A DNA stretch of 11,375 nucleotides from Nitrospinota bacterium (GTDB taxonomy: Bacteria; UBA8248). The position numbers were made by a program, and so were the translations under genes. Positions 1 through 8,041 of this stretch are shown piece by piece (the first letter of the stretch is position 1; every line of letters starts with the position of its first letter). The notes beneath the pieces were generated by a model that saw only the letters and a program-made list of their open reading frames with translations, had not been told where the DNA came from and made no database searches. Location of the stretch: NCBI GenBank assembly GCA_030754595.1, contig JASLZZ010000103.1:1-11375 (forward strand), read 5' to 3'.

Positions 1-42
1 GGGCCGAAGGGCTTCTTTTTGGCTGCCACCATCTCCGGGCAT
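1..42 (-). CDS. N-terminus of an unidentified gene running off the left edge (MPGDGGSQKEALRP...)
   Basis: Minus-strand ATG at 42-40 with a GAGAGGA SD-like sequence just upstream and an open frame to the window edge; extended -10 element upstream. An alternative ATG in another frame (MVAAKKKPFG) cannot be excluded. Confidence 0.45.
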   Translation of the reverse strand, partial: MPGDGGSQKEALRP

Positions 43-74
43 CTGATATCCTCTCGCTCGGGCGATTTTGGCCA

Positions 75-83
75 ATTATATCA
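75..83 (-). promoter_or_regulatory. Putative extended -10 sigma70 promoter (TGaTATAAT)
   Basis: Minus strand reads TGATATAAT, a match to TGnTATAAT, about 30 nt upstream of the ATG at 42. Confidence 0.5.
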
Positions 84-283
84 TATGGTTACAGAGATTC
101 CAGCCTCTTTTTGCTCCGTCCCGCCGCATAATGTGGAAATAAACAAGAAGAAAACCGGGAAGGAAAAATATATTTTGAGCCCGTATTCCTACCCATTGAA
201 AGTCATTGAAACCTAAGAAAAACAAGTGATTTGACGCTTGTTTCCCACTGTGCGCAATGGTTTTTAGGTTAAATAAGAAAGAA

Positions 284-300
284 ATGCAAATAATTTACAT
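284..300. promoter_or_regulatory. Imperfect palindrome, possible transcription-factor operator
   Basis: ATGCAAAT-A-ATTTACAT, a 7/8 inverted repeat inside the AT-rich divergent intergenic region. Confidence 0.3.
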
Positions 301-637
301 GCAATTTTGTCCCGTAATATTTGAAAAAGCGTAGGTGATGATCTCTCCTCATTTAAGATCGGCTGTCTTTTTTCTACAAGGAGCACAGGCTCTTTAATGT
401 GAATGAGGAATCTTTGGCTCTATATTGGGGATGACGACTAGGCCTCTTCGAGGATGATATCTTCATGAAAACGGTAATGCCAGCAGGAAAAATTGATTGT
501 ATGATTGAGCCTATGAGTGTGTAGTCATAGCTACCGTGTAAAATTATCTCGAAACGCAAGGGAAAATGAATAAATGCGCTACTTTCTGATTCATTTCTAG
601 AACATCATTTCGCAGTATTTAGCAAGGAGGGTGCCGT

Positions 638-1150
638 ATGCCCCGAATTTCATTGATTGAAAGCGATATGGCCGAGGCAAGCGCCAAAAGGATAATGGAT
701 AATCTTCAAAAGCAATTCGGGGTGGTAATCGACCCAGTCAAGGCATTGGCGCACAAACCCGATTTGCTGCGCGCTCTTCTGAGTCTGACCACGGTGGCGG
801 ACGGTCCGGGCGATATCGACCCGGGATTCAAAGAGGTGTTGAATATCCGCGCCTCGGTGTTGAACGGTTGTGGGTATTGCACCGGGATGCATTCGCAGAT
901 GGCGGGGATGCACAAGGTTCGGGCCGAGAAAATCGAGGGCGCGAAGGAGGGTTCGGCCAGCGGGGTTTTCGATGAAAAGGAAAAAGCCGCGCTGGCACTG
1001 TGCGAGGAGAGCACACATGGCGTTAAGGTGTCGGACGCTACGTTCGAGAGAGCCAGGTCCCACTACTCGGAGGCGGAGGTCGTCGAGCTTCTCGGCGTGA
1101 TCGGAGTCATCAACATGTGGAACCGCCTGATCGTGTCGCTGGGCTTCTAG
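638..1150 (+). CDS. Carboxymuconolactone decarboxylase / alkylhydroperoxidase AhpD-family protein
   Basis: AhpD core motif KEVLNIRASVLNGCGYCTGMH (E...S..NGC..C...H); typical C-terminus FERARSHYSEAEVVEL...INMWNR; SD AAGGAGG at 624-630. Confidence 0.9.
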   Translation: MPRISLIESDMAEASAKRIMDNLQKQFGVVIDPVKALAHKPDLLRALLSLTTVADGPGDIDPGFKEVLNIRASVLNGCGYCTGMHSQMAGMHKVRAEKIEGAKEGSASGVFDEKEKAALALCEESTHGVKVSDATFERARSHYSEAEVVELLGVIGVINMWNRLIVSLGF

Positions 1151-1160
1151 ATACTGTTGG

Positions 1161-1192
1161 CGAAATGCCCCCGCACTTCTCCGAAATGCCCC
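1161..1192 (+). repeat. Direct repeat CGAAATGCCCC x2, 21-bp period
   Basis: Copies at 1161-1171 and 1182-1192, just after the AhpD-family stop codon. Confidence 0.7.
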
Positions 1193-1251
1193 GCGGTTCC
1201 GCAAATTTCAGGCTCCGGGGTTTCGGTGAATTGCCGGCGTCCCATGATCGC

Positions 1252-1291
1252 TCCGCCCGGGACGGATCCCATCCGGGGCGGACCCTTTTTT
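1252..1291 (+). terminator. Putative intrinsic terminator between the convergent AhpD-family and LLM genes
   Basis: Stem TCCGCCCGGGACGG (1252-1265) / CCATCCGGGGCGGA (1269-1282), 12/14 complementary, followed by CCC and a T6 run. Confidence 0.6.
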
Positions 1292-2301
1292 CAGCCCCCC
1301 AACTCGGGCAGCGCCCGCTCCCCGACGAAGCGGACAATCTTCCGGCGCGCCTCGAGGGTGTATGACATCGCGAACACAAACGTTTTCGCTCCGAGCCCGG
1401 CAATCTCCCGGAACCGGTCCAGGCACTCGTCCGGCGAGCCCACCACCGCGAACCGGTCGATCATGTAGTCCGTAATAAACTTCGCGTTCGGGCTCCCCGC
1501 GCCGATGTTCAGTTCATCGTAGTTCGCCCGGAAGCGCTCGACCCCCTCGCGCTCCTCCACGGGCACCGCGTTCATCCCCAGCCGGAAATTATGATTCGCC
1601 CGGGTGCAGAGCCGGGGCCTGACCGTCTCGCGCGCCGCCGCCCCGTCCTCCTCGATGTGGACAATCGCATTCAACCAGAGTTCGATCTCCTCGGGCCGCC
1701 GGCCCGCGCGCTCAGCCCCGGCGGCGATGTGCCCCCGCGCCCAACTCACCACCTCGGGCGTGATTCCCGAACCGAGGATCACTCCGTCCGCCAGCTCCCC
1801 GGCGAGCTCGAGCGTCCGTGGCCCGTCCGCCGCCAGGAAGATCGGCAGGTGCGGCTTCCGCCAGTTCGAGGTCACCGGCGTCCCTCCGAGTTCGACAGGC
1901 TCCCCATTCAGGAGCGCCCGCGCCGCGATGAGTCCTTCCCTCATCGCATTTAAACTCGAGCTTTTCAGCCCCACCGAGTACAGTGGCGTATCCCCTGCCC
2001 CGAACCCGATCATCACGCGCCCCTCGGCCAGATCGTCCACCGAGGCCATCGCGTTCACCGTCGTCATGATGTGGCGCGTCACGAAATTCGTCACCGATGT
2101 GCCGATTTGGGCCCGCTTCGTCTCCCGTGCCATGAGGGCGAGCATCACGTAAATATCCCGGCTGTGGAGCCTTGAGGTCGAAACCGAGTCTGCCAGCGTG
2201 ATCGGGTTGATTCCGAGCGCCTCGGCCTCCCTCACGAAGTCCAGAAACTCATCGATCGGCGGAAACTCTCCGAACGAGCTGATCTGAATCCCGAAACGCA
2301 C
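1291..2301 (-). CDS. LLM-class flavin-dependent oxidoreductase (luciferase-like; Mer-like / possibly F420-dependent)
   Basis: MRFGI start, AEALG, IGTSVTNFVTRH, LAEGRVMIGFGAGD, PIFLAADGPRTLELAGELADGVIL and VVGSPDEC are LLM TIM-barrel hallmarks; GTG start preceded by GGGAG. Confidence 0.9.
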   Translation of the reverse strand: MRFGIQISSFGEFPPIDEFLDFVREAEALGINPITLADSVSTSRLHSRDIYVMLALMARETKRAQIGTSVTNFVTRHIMTTVNAMASVDDLAEGRVMIGFGAGDTPLYSVGLKSSSLNAMREGLIAARALLNGEPVELGGTPVTSNWRKPHLPIFLAADGPRTLELAGELADGVILGSGITPEVVSWARGHIAAGAERAGRRPEEIELWLNAIVHIEEDGAAARETVRPRLCTRANHNFRLGMNAVPVEEREGVERFRANYDELNIGAGSPNAKFITDYMIDRFAVVGSPDECLDRFREIAGLGAKTFVFAMSYTLEARRKIVRFVGERALPELGG

Positions 2302-2458
2302 GCCGCCGCTCCCGATAGAGGGATAAATGATGAATTTCGGAGTGGATTCTAGCAGAATCCTCTTTGGCGGGAAAAACCTTCCCTTATCCTACCCCCCCTC
2401 GCCAAGGCCACCATGGATTATAATGGGCTTTTCCCGGAAACCCTACGGGAGGGGCTGG

Positions 2459-2851
2459 ATGTTCTGGAAATGGCTTGCGCGAAACGGGGTTTACCTCGCG
2501 GCCGCGCCGCTGCTCGTGGCGCTGATGGCCGTGACGTTTCCGCCCCGGCTCACGGACGGGGTCAAGCATCTAATAGATGTAGCGGGTCTCTGGGAGGGGC
2601 GGTTCACCTGGCCCGATCAGTCGAGGAGCTACCCGATCTCGCTATCAATCCGCCCGGACGGTGGCTATGTGTTCGATTCCGTTCACAGGTCCACCAAGGG
2701 GGTAGTTGTCCTCGAGAGGGGAAGGGTGCTTTTGCGCCGGGAGGGGCTGGTGCGCGGCGTCTCGTTATATCGGGGTCTTTCGAGCGGAAAGGCCGTTCTA
2801 CTCGGGAGAAACGGCGATTTCGGCACCTATCTTCTCAATAAAGTGAACTGA
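2459..2851 (+). CDS. Hypothetical membrane-anchored protein (N-terminal hydrophobic helix plus a predicted small beta-rich, lipocalin-like domain)
   Basis: ATG 2459 follows SD GGGAGG (2447-2452) and TATAAT (2419-2424), so it is preferred over 2327; hydrophobic VYLAAAPLLVALMAVTF, then a GLWEG (GxW) motif and alternating beta-strand patterns. Confidence 0.65.
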   Translation: MFWKWLARNGVYLAAAPLLVALMAVTFPPRLTDGVKHLIDVAGLWEGRFTWPDQSRSYPISLSIRPDGGYVFDSVHRSTKGVVVLERGRVLLRREGLVRGVSLYRGLSSGKAVLLGRNGDFGTYLLNKVN

Positions 2852-2918
2852 CGCGCCGCCGCCAGATGTGAGACCCTGTTCCGGGGAGGCGGTCCGGATT
2901 TTTCAAGGAGGATGAGCG

Positions 2919-3119
2919 GTGCTGTTCGGAAGCAATGACGGAGCCTATGTAACCAAGGAGTCTCAAAAAAACATCCGCGCGATGGAAGAGGCGACTTGCC
3001 AATACATGGGCAAGGGGCGGGGGTGGTTGAGAGGGTATGTCAACCTCGCCATTTTCCTGGTGTTTAGCTATTACGTGGTCCCGTTTGTCTGGAACGCCAT
3101 TATCGCCGTCTTCAAGTAG
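2919..3119 (+). CDS. Small hypothetical membrane protein (66 aa)
   Basis: Strong SD AAGGAGG before the GTG; C-terminal hydrophobic segment YVNLAIFLVFSYYVVPFVWNAIIAVFK. Confidence 0.6.
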   Translation: MLFGSNDGAYVTKESQKNIRAMEEATCQYMGKGRGWLRGYVNLAIFLVFSYYVVPFVWNAIIAVFK

Positions 3120-3159
3120 AAATATCAGCTAGAAATTTCCAGGTTAAAGTCTCCATCCT

Positions 3160-3195
3160 CTCGAAAAATGCAATAAAGAACTCCTCGAAAAATGC
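3160..3195 (+). repeat. Direct repeat CTCGAAAAATGC x2, 24-bp period
   Basis: Copies at 3160-3171 and 3184-3195, in the convergent gap before the sulfatase stop codon. Confidence 0.65.
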
Positions 3196-3200
3196 CCCCT

Positions 3201-4655
3201 TTACTCTTTTTCGCCGGGCGGGGGGGAGGCGAAGGAGTTGCCCCGGGCGATGACGGCCTCCCGGCCGCCGTGGCGCTCGACGAGGGCGGCCTGATCCGCC
3301 TTGGCGCGGCGGTCCACCTCCTCGGGGTCGAACCGTGCCCGGAGGGCGGCCTCGCACTCCCGGAGGATGCCCTGGTGCGTCGGGTCGCCGGCGAGATTAT
3401 TCATCTCTCCGGGGTCGGCCTCCAGGTCGAAAAGCTCGGGCGCAAAGCCCGTGTAGTGGATGTACTTGAATCGCCCACGGCGAATCATGAACAGCGCCGA
3501 GACTGCGCCGAGTGCATGAAATTCACTGAAAATTTCGCGCCCGGGCTCATCGGGCGCACCGGCAATTTTAAAGAAGGAGTCTCCCGGCAGAGAGGCCTCC
3601 TCTTCGGTGAGCGGGAGGCCGGCGCAATCGAGCGCGGAAGGGTAAAGATCCACCAGCGAGACCGGGGTTTTCGAGACTTTTCCCGCGGGAACCCCGGGCC
3701 CCGAGATGATCAACGGAACGGCGGCCGACTCCTCGTACATCGTGGACTTTCCCCATAGGCCCCGCGCGCCGAGGTTGTCGCCGTGGTCGCTGGCGAAGAT
3801 CACCCGCGTTTCGCCGGTGAGCCCGGCCTCGTCCAGCGCCGCGAGAATCTTCCCTACGTTCGAATCGACGTAGGAGCACATCCCCAGGTAGGAAGCGATG
3901 GCGACCCTCTTTTTGTGGTCGTCGAAATAATCCTCATACGGCGCGCAATCGTCGAGGCATTTAATCCAGGGGTGCCAGGCCCTCCCGCCCGAGGGGTGCT
4001 CCCTGGGCATGGGGATTTCATCCAGAGGGTACATCTCGTAAAACTCGGGCGGGGCGATGAAGGGAAAGTGGGGGCAGGTGAGCGAGACGAAAAGCGTCCA
4101 GGGCCGATCCGCGTGCTGGAGGGCCTCCTCCCCGAGCCAGCGGCGGGCGCGCTCGGTGATTTCGCGGTCGTACTTGGTATAGCTCGACTCGCCCGGCCCA
4201 ATCTCACTCGACATCCGCTCGTTGTTCAGGCGGACAGGGAGGCCCTCGCCGTCCCTCACGGAGGCAAAGATGTCGCCGACCCCGCCGTTCGGCGCGTGGA
4301 GGGGGATGATCTGCTCGCCGATTCCGGTGGGCGCCTCGGTGTTCCGGTAGTGGAGTTTTCCGATCGAGGTGTAGCGGCGGCCGGCGGCGGTGAGGCGGTG
4401 ACCCCAGCCGGGCGGGCTCCCCTCGTAAGGGAAGGCGTTGTCCCAGGCGCCGATTTCGTGGACATAGCGGCCGGTGGCGAAACTCGCCCGCGAGGGGATG
4501 CAGATCGGGCAGTTGGTGTAGGCGGCCTTGAACCGGGTGCCCGAGGCGGCGAGGCGGTCGATGTTCGGGGTCAGGGCCGCCGGATGGCCGTAGCAGCCCA
4601 GTGTTTGCTGGCTGTGCTTATCGTCCATGATGATGAGCAGGTTCGATGATTCCAC
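3201..4655 (-). CDS. Cys-type (formylglycine) S1 sulfatase, choline-sulfatase-like
   Basis: NLLIIMDDKH, TPNIDRLA, CxPxR motif CIPSRASFATGRY, GKLH, CPHFPF, SDHGD, GKSTMYEESAAVPLII, ELFDLEADPGE. Likely start is GTG 4655 after SD GAAAGG. Confidence 0.9.
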   Translation of the reverse strand: MESSNLLIIMDDKHSQQTLGCYGHPAALTPNIDRLAASGTRFKAAYTNCPICIPSRASFATGRYVHEIGAWDNAFPYEGSPPGWGHRLTAAGRRYTSIGKLHYRNTEAPTGIGEQIIPLHAPNGGVGDIFASVRDGEGLPVRLNNERMSSEIGPGESSYTKYDREITERARRWLGEEALQHADRPWTLFVSLTCPHFPFIAPPEFYEMYPLDEIPMPREHPSGGRAWHPWIKCLDDCAPYEDYFDDHKKRVAIASYLGMCSYVDSNVGKILAALDEAGLTGETRVIFASDHGDNLGARGLWGKSTMYEESAAVPLIISGPGVPAGKVSKTPVSLVDLYPSALDCAGLPLTEEEASLPGDSFFKIAGAPDEPGREIFSEFHALGAVSALFMIRRGRFKYIHYTGFAPELFDLEADPGEMNNLAGDPTHQGILRECEAALRARFDPEEVDRRAKADQAALVERHGGREAVIARGNSFASPPPGEKE

Positions 4656-4694
4656 GGCGAACCTTTCAGGGCGTGCCGCCGGCCGGGGCACGCT

Positions 4695-5021
4695 TTACTC
4701 GACGGTGGGCAGACGCAGCCGGAGCCGCTCGACGGGTTCCTCGCCGTTGAGATGGCTTTCGACGATCTCGGAAACGTCCGAGGCCTTGAGGCCCTGGTAC
4801 CAGACGCCCTCGGGGTAGACCACGACAGAGGGCCCCAGCGTGCAGGGGCCGAGGCAGGTCGCGCCCGAGATAGCGGTCGTGGCGGCCAGATCGCTAGAGT
4901 TGACGGCCTCGCCGAACGCCTGGAGGATTTCGATGCTTCCCTTCGATTGACAACAGCCCATCGGGTGGTCCGGTTGACGCTGGTTGATGCAGACGAAAAC
5001 ATGACGCTTGATGTGTTCCAT
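4695..5021 (-). CDS. Thioredoxin-like [2Fe-2S] ferredoxin
   Basis: HVFVCINQR...GCC...CLGPCTLGPSVVVYPEGVWY...IVESHL...PVERL signature; ATG 5021 preceded by GAAAGG, so the upstream ORF-track extension is probably not translated. Confidence 0.92.
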   Translation of the reverse strand: MEHIKRHVFVCINQRQPDHPMGCCQSKGSIEILQAFGEAVNSSDLAATTAISGATCLGPCTLGPSVVVYPEGVWYQGLKASDVSEIVESHLNGEEPVERLRLRLPTVE

Positions 5022-5180
5022 GTGGCACCTTTCGATTATGCGAGCGATCCGGTGAATCCTCGGTGGAGCGGCTGTTGGTGATAGGGGGATTAATTTTCCG
5101 CCGGGCCTGCCAAGCCCGCTCCATGGAAGAAGACCCCCTCCTTCTTGAAGCGAATGAGCGAAGGCGATCATTCCTTTCGG

Positions 5181-5209
5181 ATGACTTTGCCAGAGGCAAA
5201 TGATAACCT
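5181..5209 (+). promoter_or_regulatory. Putative promoter for the M16 peptidase with a palindrome in the spacer
   Basis: ATGACT-17 nt-TAACCT with a TG extension; perfect palindrome TTTGCC-AGA-GGCAAA at 5186-5200. Confidence 0.3.
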
Positions 5210-5293
5210 CGGGCCGGTTGAAGTCAAGGAAGTTTTTCGGGAAAGCATCGTGATGCCCACGCTGCTTTTGTAACGCAAGCAGGTCTCCGGCCT

Positions 5294-8041
5294 TTGCCCT
5301 CTATGCAGAGTAAAATCTCCCTTTTCAAAACCCTCCGGCGGCGGCGTCTCCCGGTGGGACCGAAGCTGATCTGTCTTCCGGACGAAAACGCCTCGACGGT
5401 TTCGATTCAGATATGGCTCCCCGCCGGCACCTCGGCCGAGAAAAAGGACGAGGCGGGGCTGGCCCATTTTCTCGAGCATATGATCTTCAAGGGCTCGAGG
5501 AATCTAGGCGTCGGCGAGTTGGCCTCGAGGGTCGAGGCCGCCGGGGGGGACATCAACGCCTACACGATGAGTGACGCAACCTACTACTACCTCGCCTGCC
5601 TCCCCGAGACCGCGGAGGATTGCCTGGAGATGCTGGCCGACGCCGTCTGGTGGCCCCGGCTCGATCAGACCGAGGCCGACCGGGAGCGGGGCGTTATCCT
5701 CGCCGAGATCGACCGGTCGATGGACCAGCCCGATCAGGTGCTCCAGCATCGCCTCTTCGAGAAGGCCTACGGAAAAGACCATCCCTACGGCTGGCCCATC
5801 ATGGGCTCCCGCCGGGCGGTGAGCGGGTTCGGCCGCCGGGAGCTCAGGCGTTTTCACAGCCGCTGCTACGCGCCCTCGCGCAGCATCGTCGCCGTCTCGG
5901 GGCGGGTGGACATGTCTGCGATACGCGGTGTTCTCAGGGAAAAATTCCGCGCCGAGGGGGAGCTTCCTTCATCAGTGAGACAAAGCAGGCGAATCCGGGT
6001 CCCCGCCCCCCGGCCCGTGGGAGCGGCGCCCCGGCTGTCCATTTTAAGGGAGCGCTCGGGCCTCGCTCATCTTGTGGTCGCCTATGAAATTCCCTCCTTC
6101 ACCGACACCGACGCGCCCGCCCTTGAAGTCCTTGCCATGATCCTGGGGATGGGGGAGAGTTCGCGGCTCTACAAGAAAATGTGTGTCGAGACCTCCCTGA
6201 TGCACGAGGTGTCGGCGGAGAACTTTTTTTCGCTCGGTGCGGGGCTTTTGTTCTTGGGGGGGACGGCCGCTTCGGGCCAGGCCGCCTCCGCCGCCGAAAT
6301 GATTGTCCGGATTGGAAGGGAGATCGTGCGGACCTCGCCCGCGACGCCGGAGGAACTCGAGCGCGTCCGCCTCAATTTCCTCTCCGACATGGAGTTTCGC
6401 CGCGAGGGGTTGAGCGGCTATGCCAGGATTGCAGGCTACGCGGAGCTATTGGCGGGCGACGCCCGCTTTGCCGAAGTTTACCTGAACCGTCTGATGAAGG
6501 TGGGGGCGAAGGAGGTCTCCCGCGTGGCGGAGCGGTATTTGCGCCCGGAGGGAGCGACCTCCGGCGTCCTTATCCCCCTAAACGCGGGTGGCGGCACCAC
6601 TCGAAAGGAACTTCTGCGCGGAATCCTGCGGGGTTTTTCCGAGGAAAATTCGGAGGCCTCTGGTCCCACCGGAGCAAGAAAAAAGACGGGGACGGCGGCC
6701 AGAGAGCGGGGCGAGGCTCTCGCCTCGAGGCTGGGACGGCGGGGGCCGAAGCGTGTCCGGAGGGGGGAGCGGGAGGTCGTGTTCCGTCTTCCCGGCGGGG
6801 CGCGGCTGATCGTCCAGCCGGGCGGGGTGGCTCGCGTTTTCGCGATCAGTGCGGTCTGCCTGGGCGGCCAGCGGCTTGAGGATAAAAAACGGGCGGGGCT
6901 CCACTACCTGATGAGTAATCTGGCGGCTCAGGCCACTCGCTCGATGGACTCGGACAAACTGGCGGGCCGAATCGACGGTTTGGGAGCGGTTCTAGAGGGT
7001 TTCTCGGGCCGCAACAGCATCGGCCTCTCGGGCTCGTGCATCTCTCCGGTCTCGGACGAGTTGATCGAGATTTTCATCGGGGTTCTCACCGAGCCCGCCT
7101 TTTCCCAAGGAGACCTTTCGCTCACGCTCCGGGAGATCAGGGCCGAGCGGCGGAGCGACATGGACGACCTCTCGGACGTCTCCCGGCTTCGGGCGATGGC
7201 ACTGCTATATGGCGATCACCCCTTCGGCCGCCACCCGCTGGGCGATCCCCGCGCGCTCTCCCGCATCGACCCCCGCGCGCTCCGGCGGGCCTGGCGCAGA
7301 TGCGTCGTTCCGGGAAATCTGGTCCTCAGCGTGGCGGGGGATGTCGATCCGGCGGCGATCTCGAAAAAACTGGGGCGGTTGTTGAAAGGATGGACGGGCA
7401 GGTCTCTTGCCTGGCGGCCCCCGCTCCCGCCCCCCCCTCCGGTGGTTCCCGCTCGGGGGCGCAGCCGGCGCCAGGTGGTGGAAGGAGCCTCCCAGAGCCA
7501 TATTCAACTCGCTTTTCTTGGAGCGAATTTCTCAGACTCCAGGCGATATGCCCTGTCGGTGTTGACGACCGCGCTGGGTAGCCAGGGGGGCGGCTTGTTC
7601 TGGGAACTCCGGGAGCGGCGGGGGCTTGCCTACGCGGTGTTCGCCTCCTCCGAGGAGGGGATTGACCCCGGGCCGGTTTCATTTTACGCGGCCACCGCGC
7701 CCGAGGCCGAAGAGGAGGCCGTCGAAGTCATCCACAGTGAACTGGCCAGAGTGCGCGAGAACGGCCTCGGCCAGGAGGAGTTTGATCGGGCCAAGGCCTT
7801 TCTCATCGGCGAGCACCTGCGCTCGCTCCAGCGCGCCGGAGCAAAGGCCTCGGAGGCTGCTTTTGATACGCTCTATGGCTTGGAGAGGGAAGGGACCGAC
7901 GCGTTCCGGAAAAAAATTCAGGCGGTGAGGGCGGAAGATGTCCTCGCCGTGGCACGGACCTTTCTCGCGCCCGAAAAGGGGGCGATGGTCCGGCTTGGCC
8001 CGCCGATCAGGGACCGAAGAAGAAGGCGGGCCTCAAGATAA
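5294..8041 (+). CDS. M16 family (pitrilysin/inverzincin) zinc metallopeptidase, two-domain form
   Basis: GLAHFLEHMIFKGS (HxxEH), GGDINAYT, ERGVILAEI; second M16 repeat with degenerate site (GLHYLMSN) and the R/Y pair LRERRGLAY. Start is TTG 5294 or ATG 5303. Confidence 0.93.
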   Translation: MPSMQSKISLFKTLRRRRLPVGPKLICLPDENASTVSIQIWLPAGTSAEKKDEAGLAHFLEHMIFKGSRNLGVGELASRVEAAGGDINAYTMSDATYYYLACLPETAEDCLEMLADAVWWPRLDQTEADRERGVILAEIDRSMDQPDQVLQHRLFEKAYGKDHPYGWPIMGSRRAVSGFGRRELRRFHSRCYAPSRSIVAVSGRVDMSAIRGVLREKFRAEGELPSSVRQSRRIRVPAPRPVGAAPRLSILRERSGLAHLVVAYEIPSFTDTDAPALEVLAMILGMGESSRLYKKMCVETSLMHEVSAENFFSLGAGLLFLGGTAASGQAASAAEMIVRIGREIVRTSPATPEELERVRLNFLSDMEFRREGLSGYARIAGYAELLAGDARFAEVYLNRLMKVGAKEVSRVAERYLRPEGATSGVLIPLNAGGGTTRKELLRGILRGFSEENSEASGPTGARKKTGTAARERGEALASRLGRRGPKRVRRGEREVVFRLPGGARLIVQPGGVARVFAISAVCLGGQRLEDKKRAGLHYLMSNLAAQATRSMDSDKLAGRIDGLGAVLEGFSGRNSIGLSGSCISPVSDELIEIFIGVLTEPAFSQGDLSLTLREIRAERRSDMDDLSDVSRLRAMALLYGDHPFGRHPLGDPRALSRIDPRALRRAWRRCVVPGNLVLSVAGDVDPAAISKKLGRLLKGWTGRSLAWRPPLPPPPPVVPARGRSRRQVVEGASQSHIQLAFLGANFSDSRRYALSVLTTALGSQGGGLFWELRERRGLAYAVFASSEEGIDPGPVSFYAATAPEAEEEAVEVIHSELARVRENGLGQEEFDRAKAFLIGEHLRSLQRAGAKASEAAFDTLYGLEREGTDAFRKKIQAVRAEDVLAVARTFLAPEKGAMVRLGPPIRDRRRRRASR

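Noticed and set aside
374..559. 61-aa minus-strand ORF (and 19-216 on plus) in the AT-rich region
   Set aside because: No recognisable family, atypical composition, and the plus ORF overlaps a promoter and another gene start; not supportable as CDS.
1161..1210. CRISPR-like mini array
   Set aside because: Repeats are 11 bp with 10-bp gaps and only two copies; no cas genes.
3192..4649. Long antisense ORFs (3192-3758, 3783-4649) and similar shadows opposite the AhpD, LLM, M16, hflX and mgtE genes
   Set aside because: They overlap well-supported genes, lack motifs, and are expected from high-GC codon bias.
638..5021. Selenocysteine or stop-codon readthrough in the redox proteins
   Set aside because: All catalytic Cys positions are ordinary Cys codons and the ORFs are full length.
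5022..5171. N-terminal extensions of the ferredoxin (and of the sulfatase, 4656-4691, and the 2327-2458 ORF part)
   Set aside because: Better SD-linked starts lie downstream at 5021, 4655 and 2459, and for the ferredoxin and sulfatase these coincide with family N-termini.
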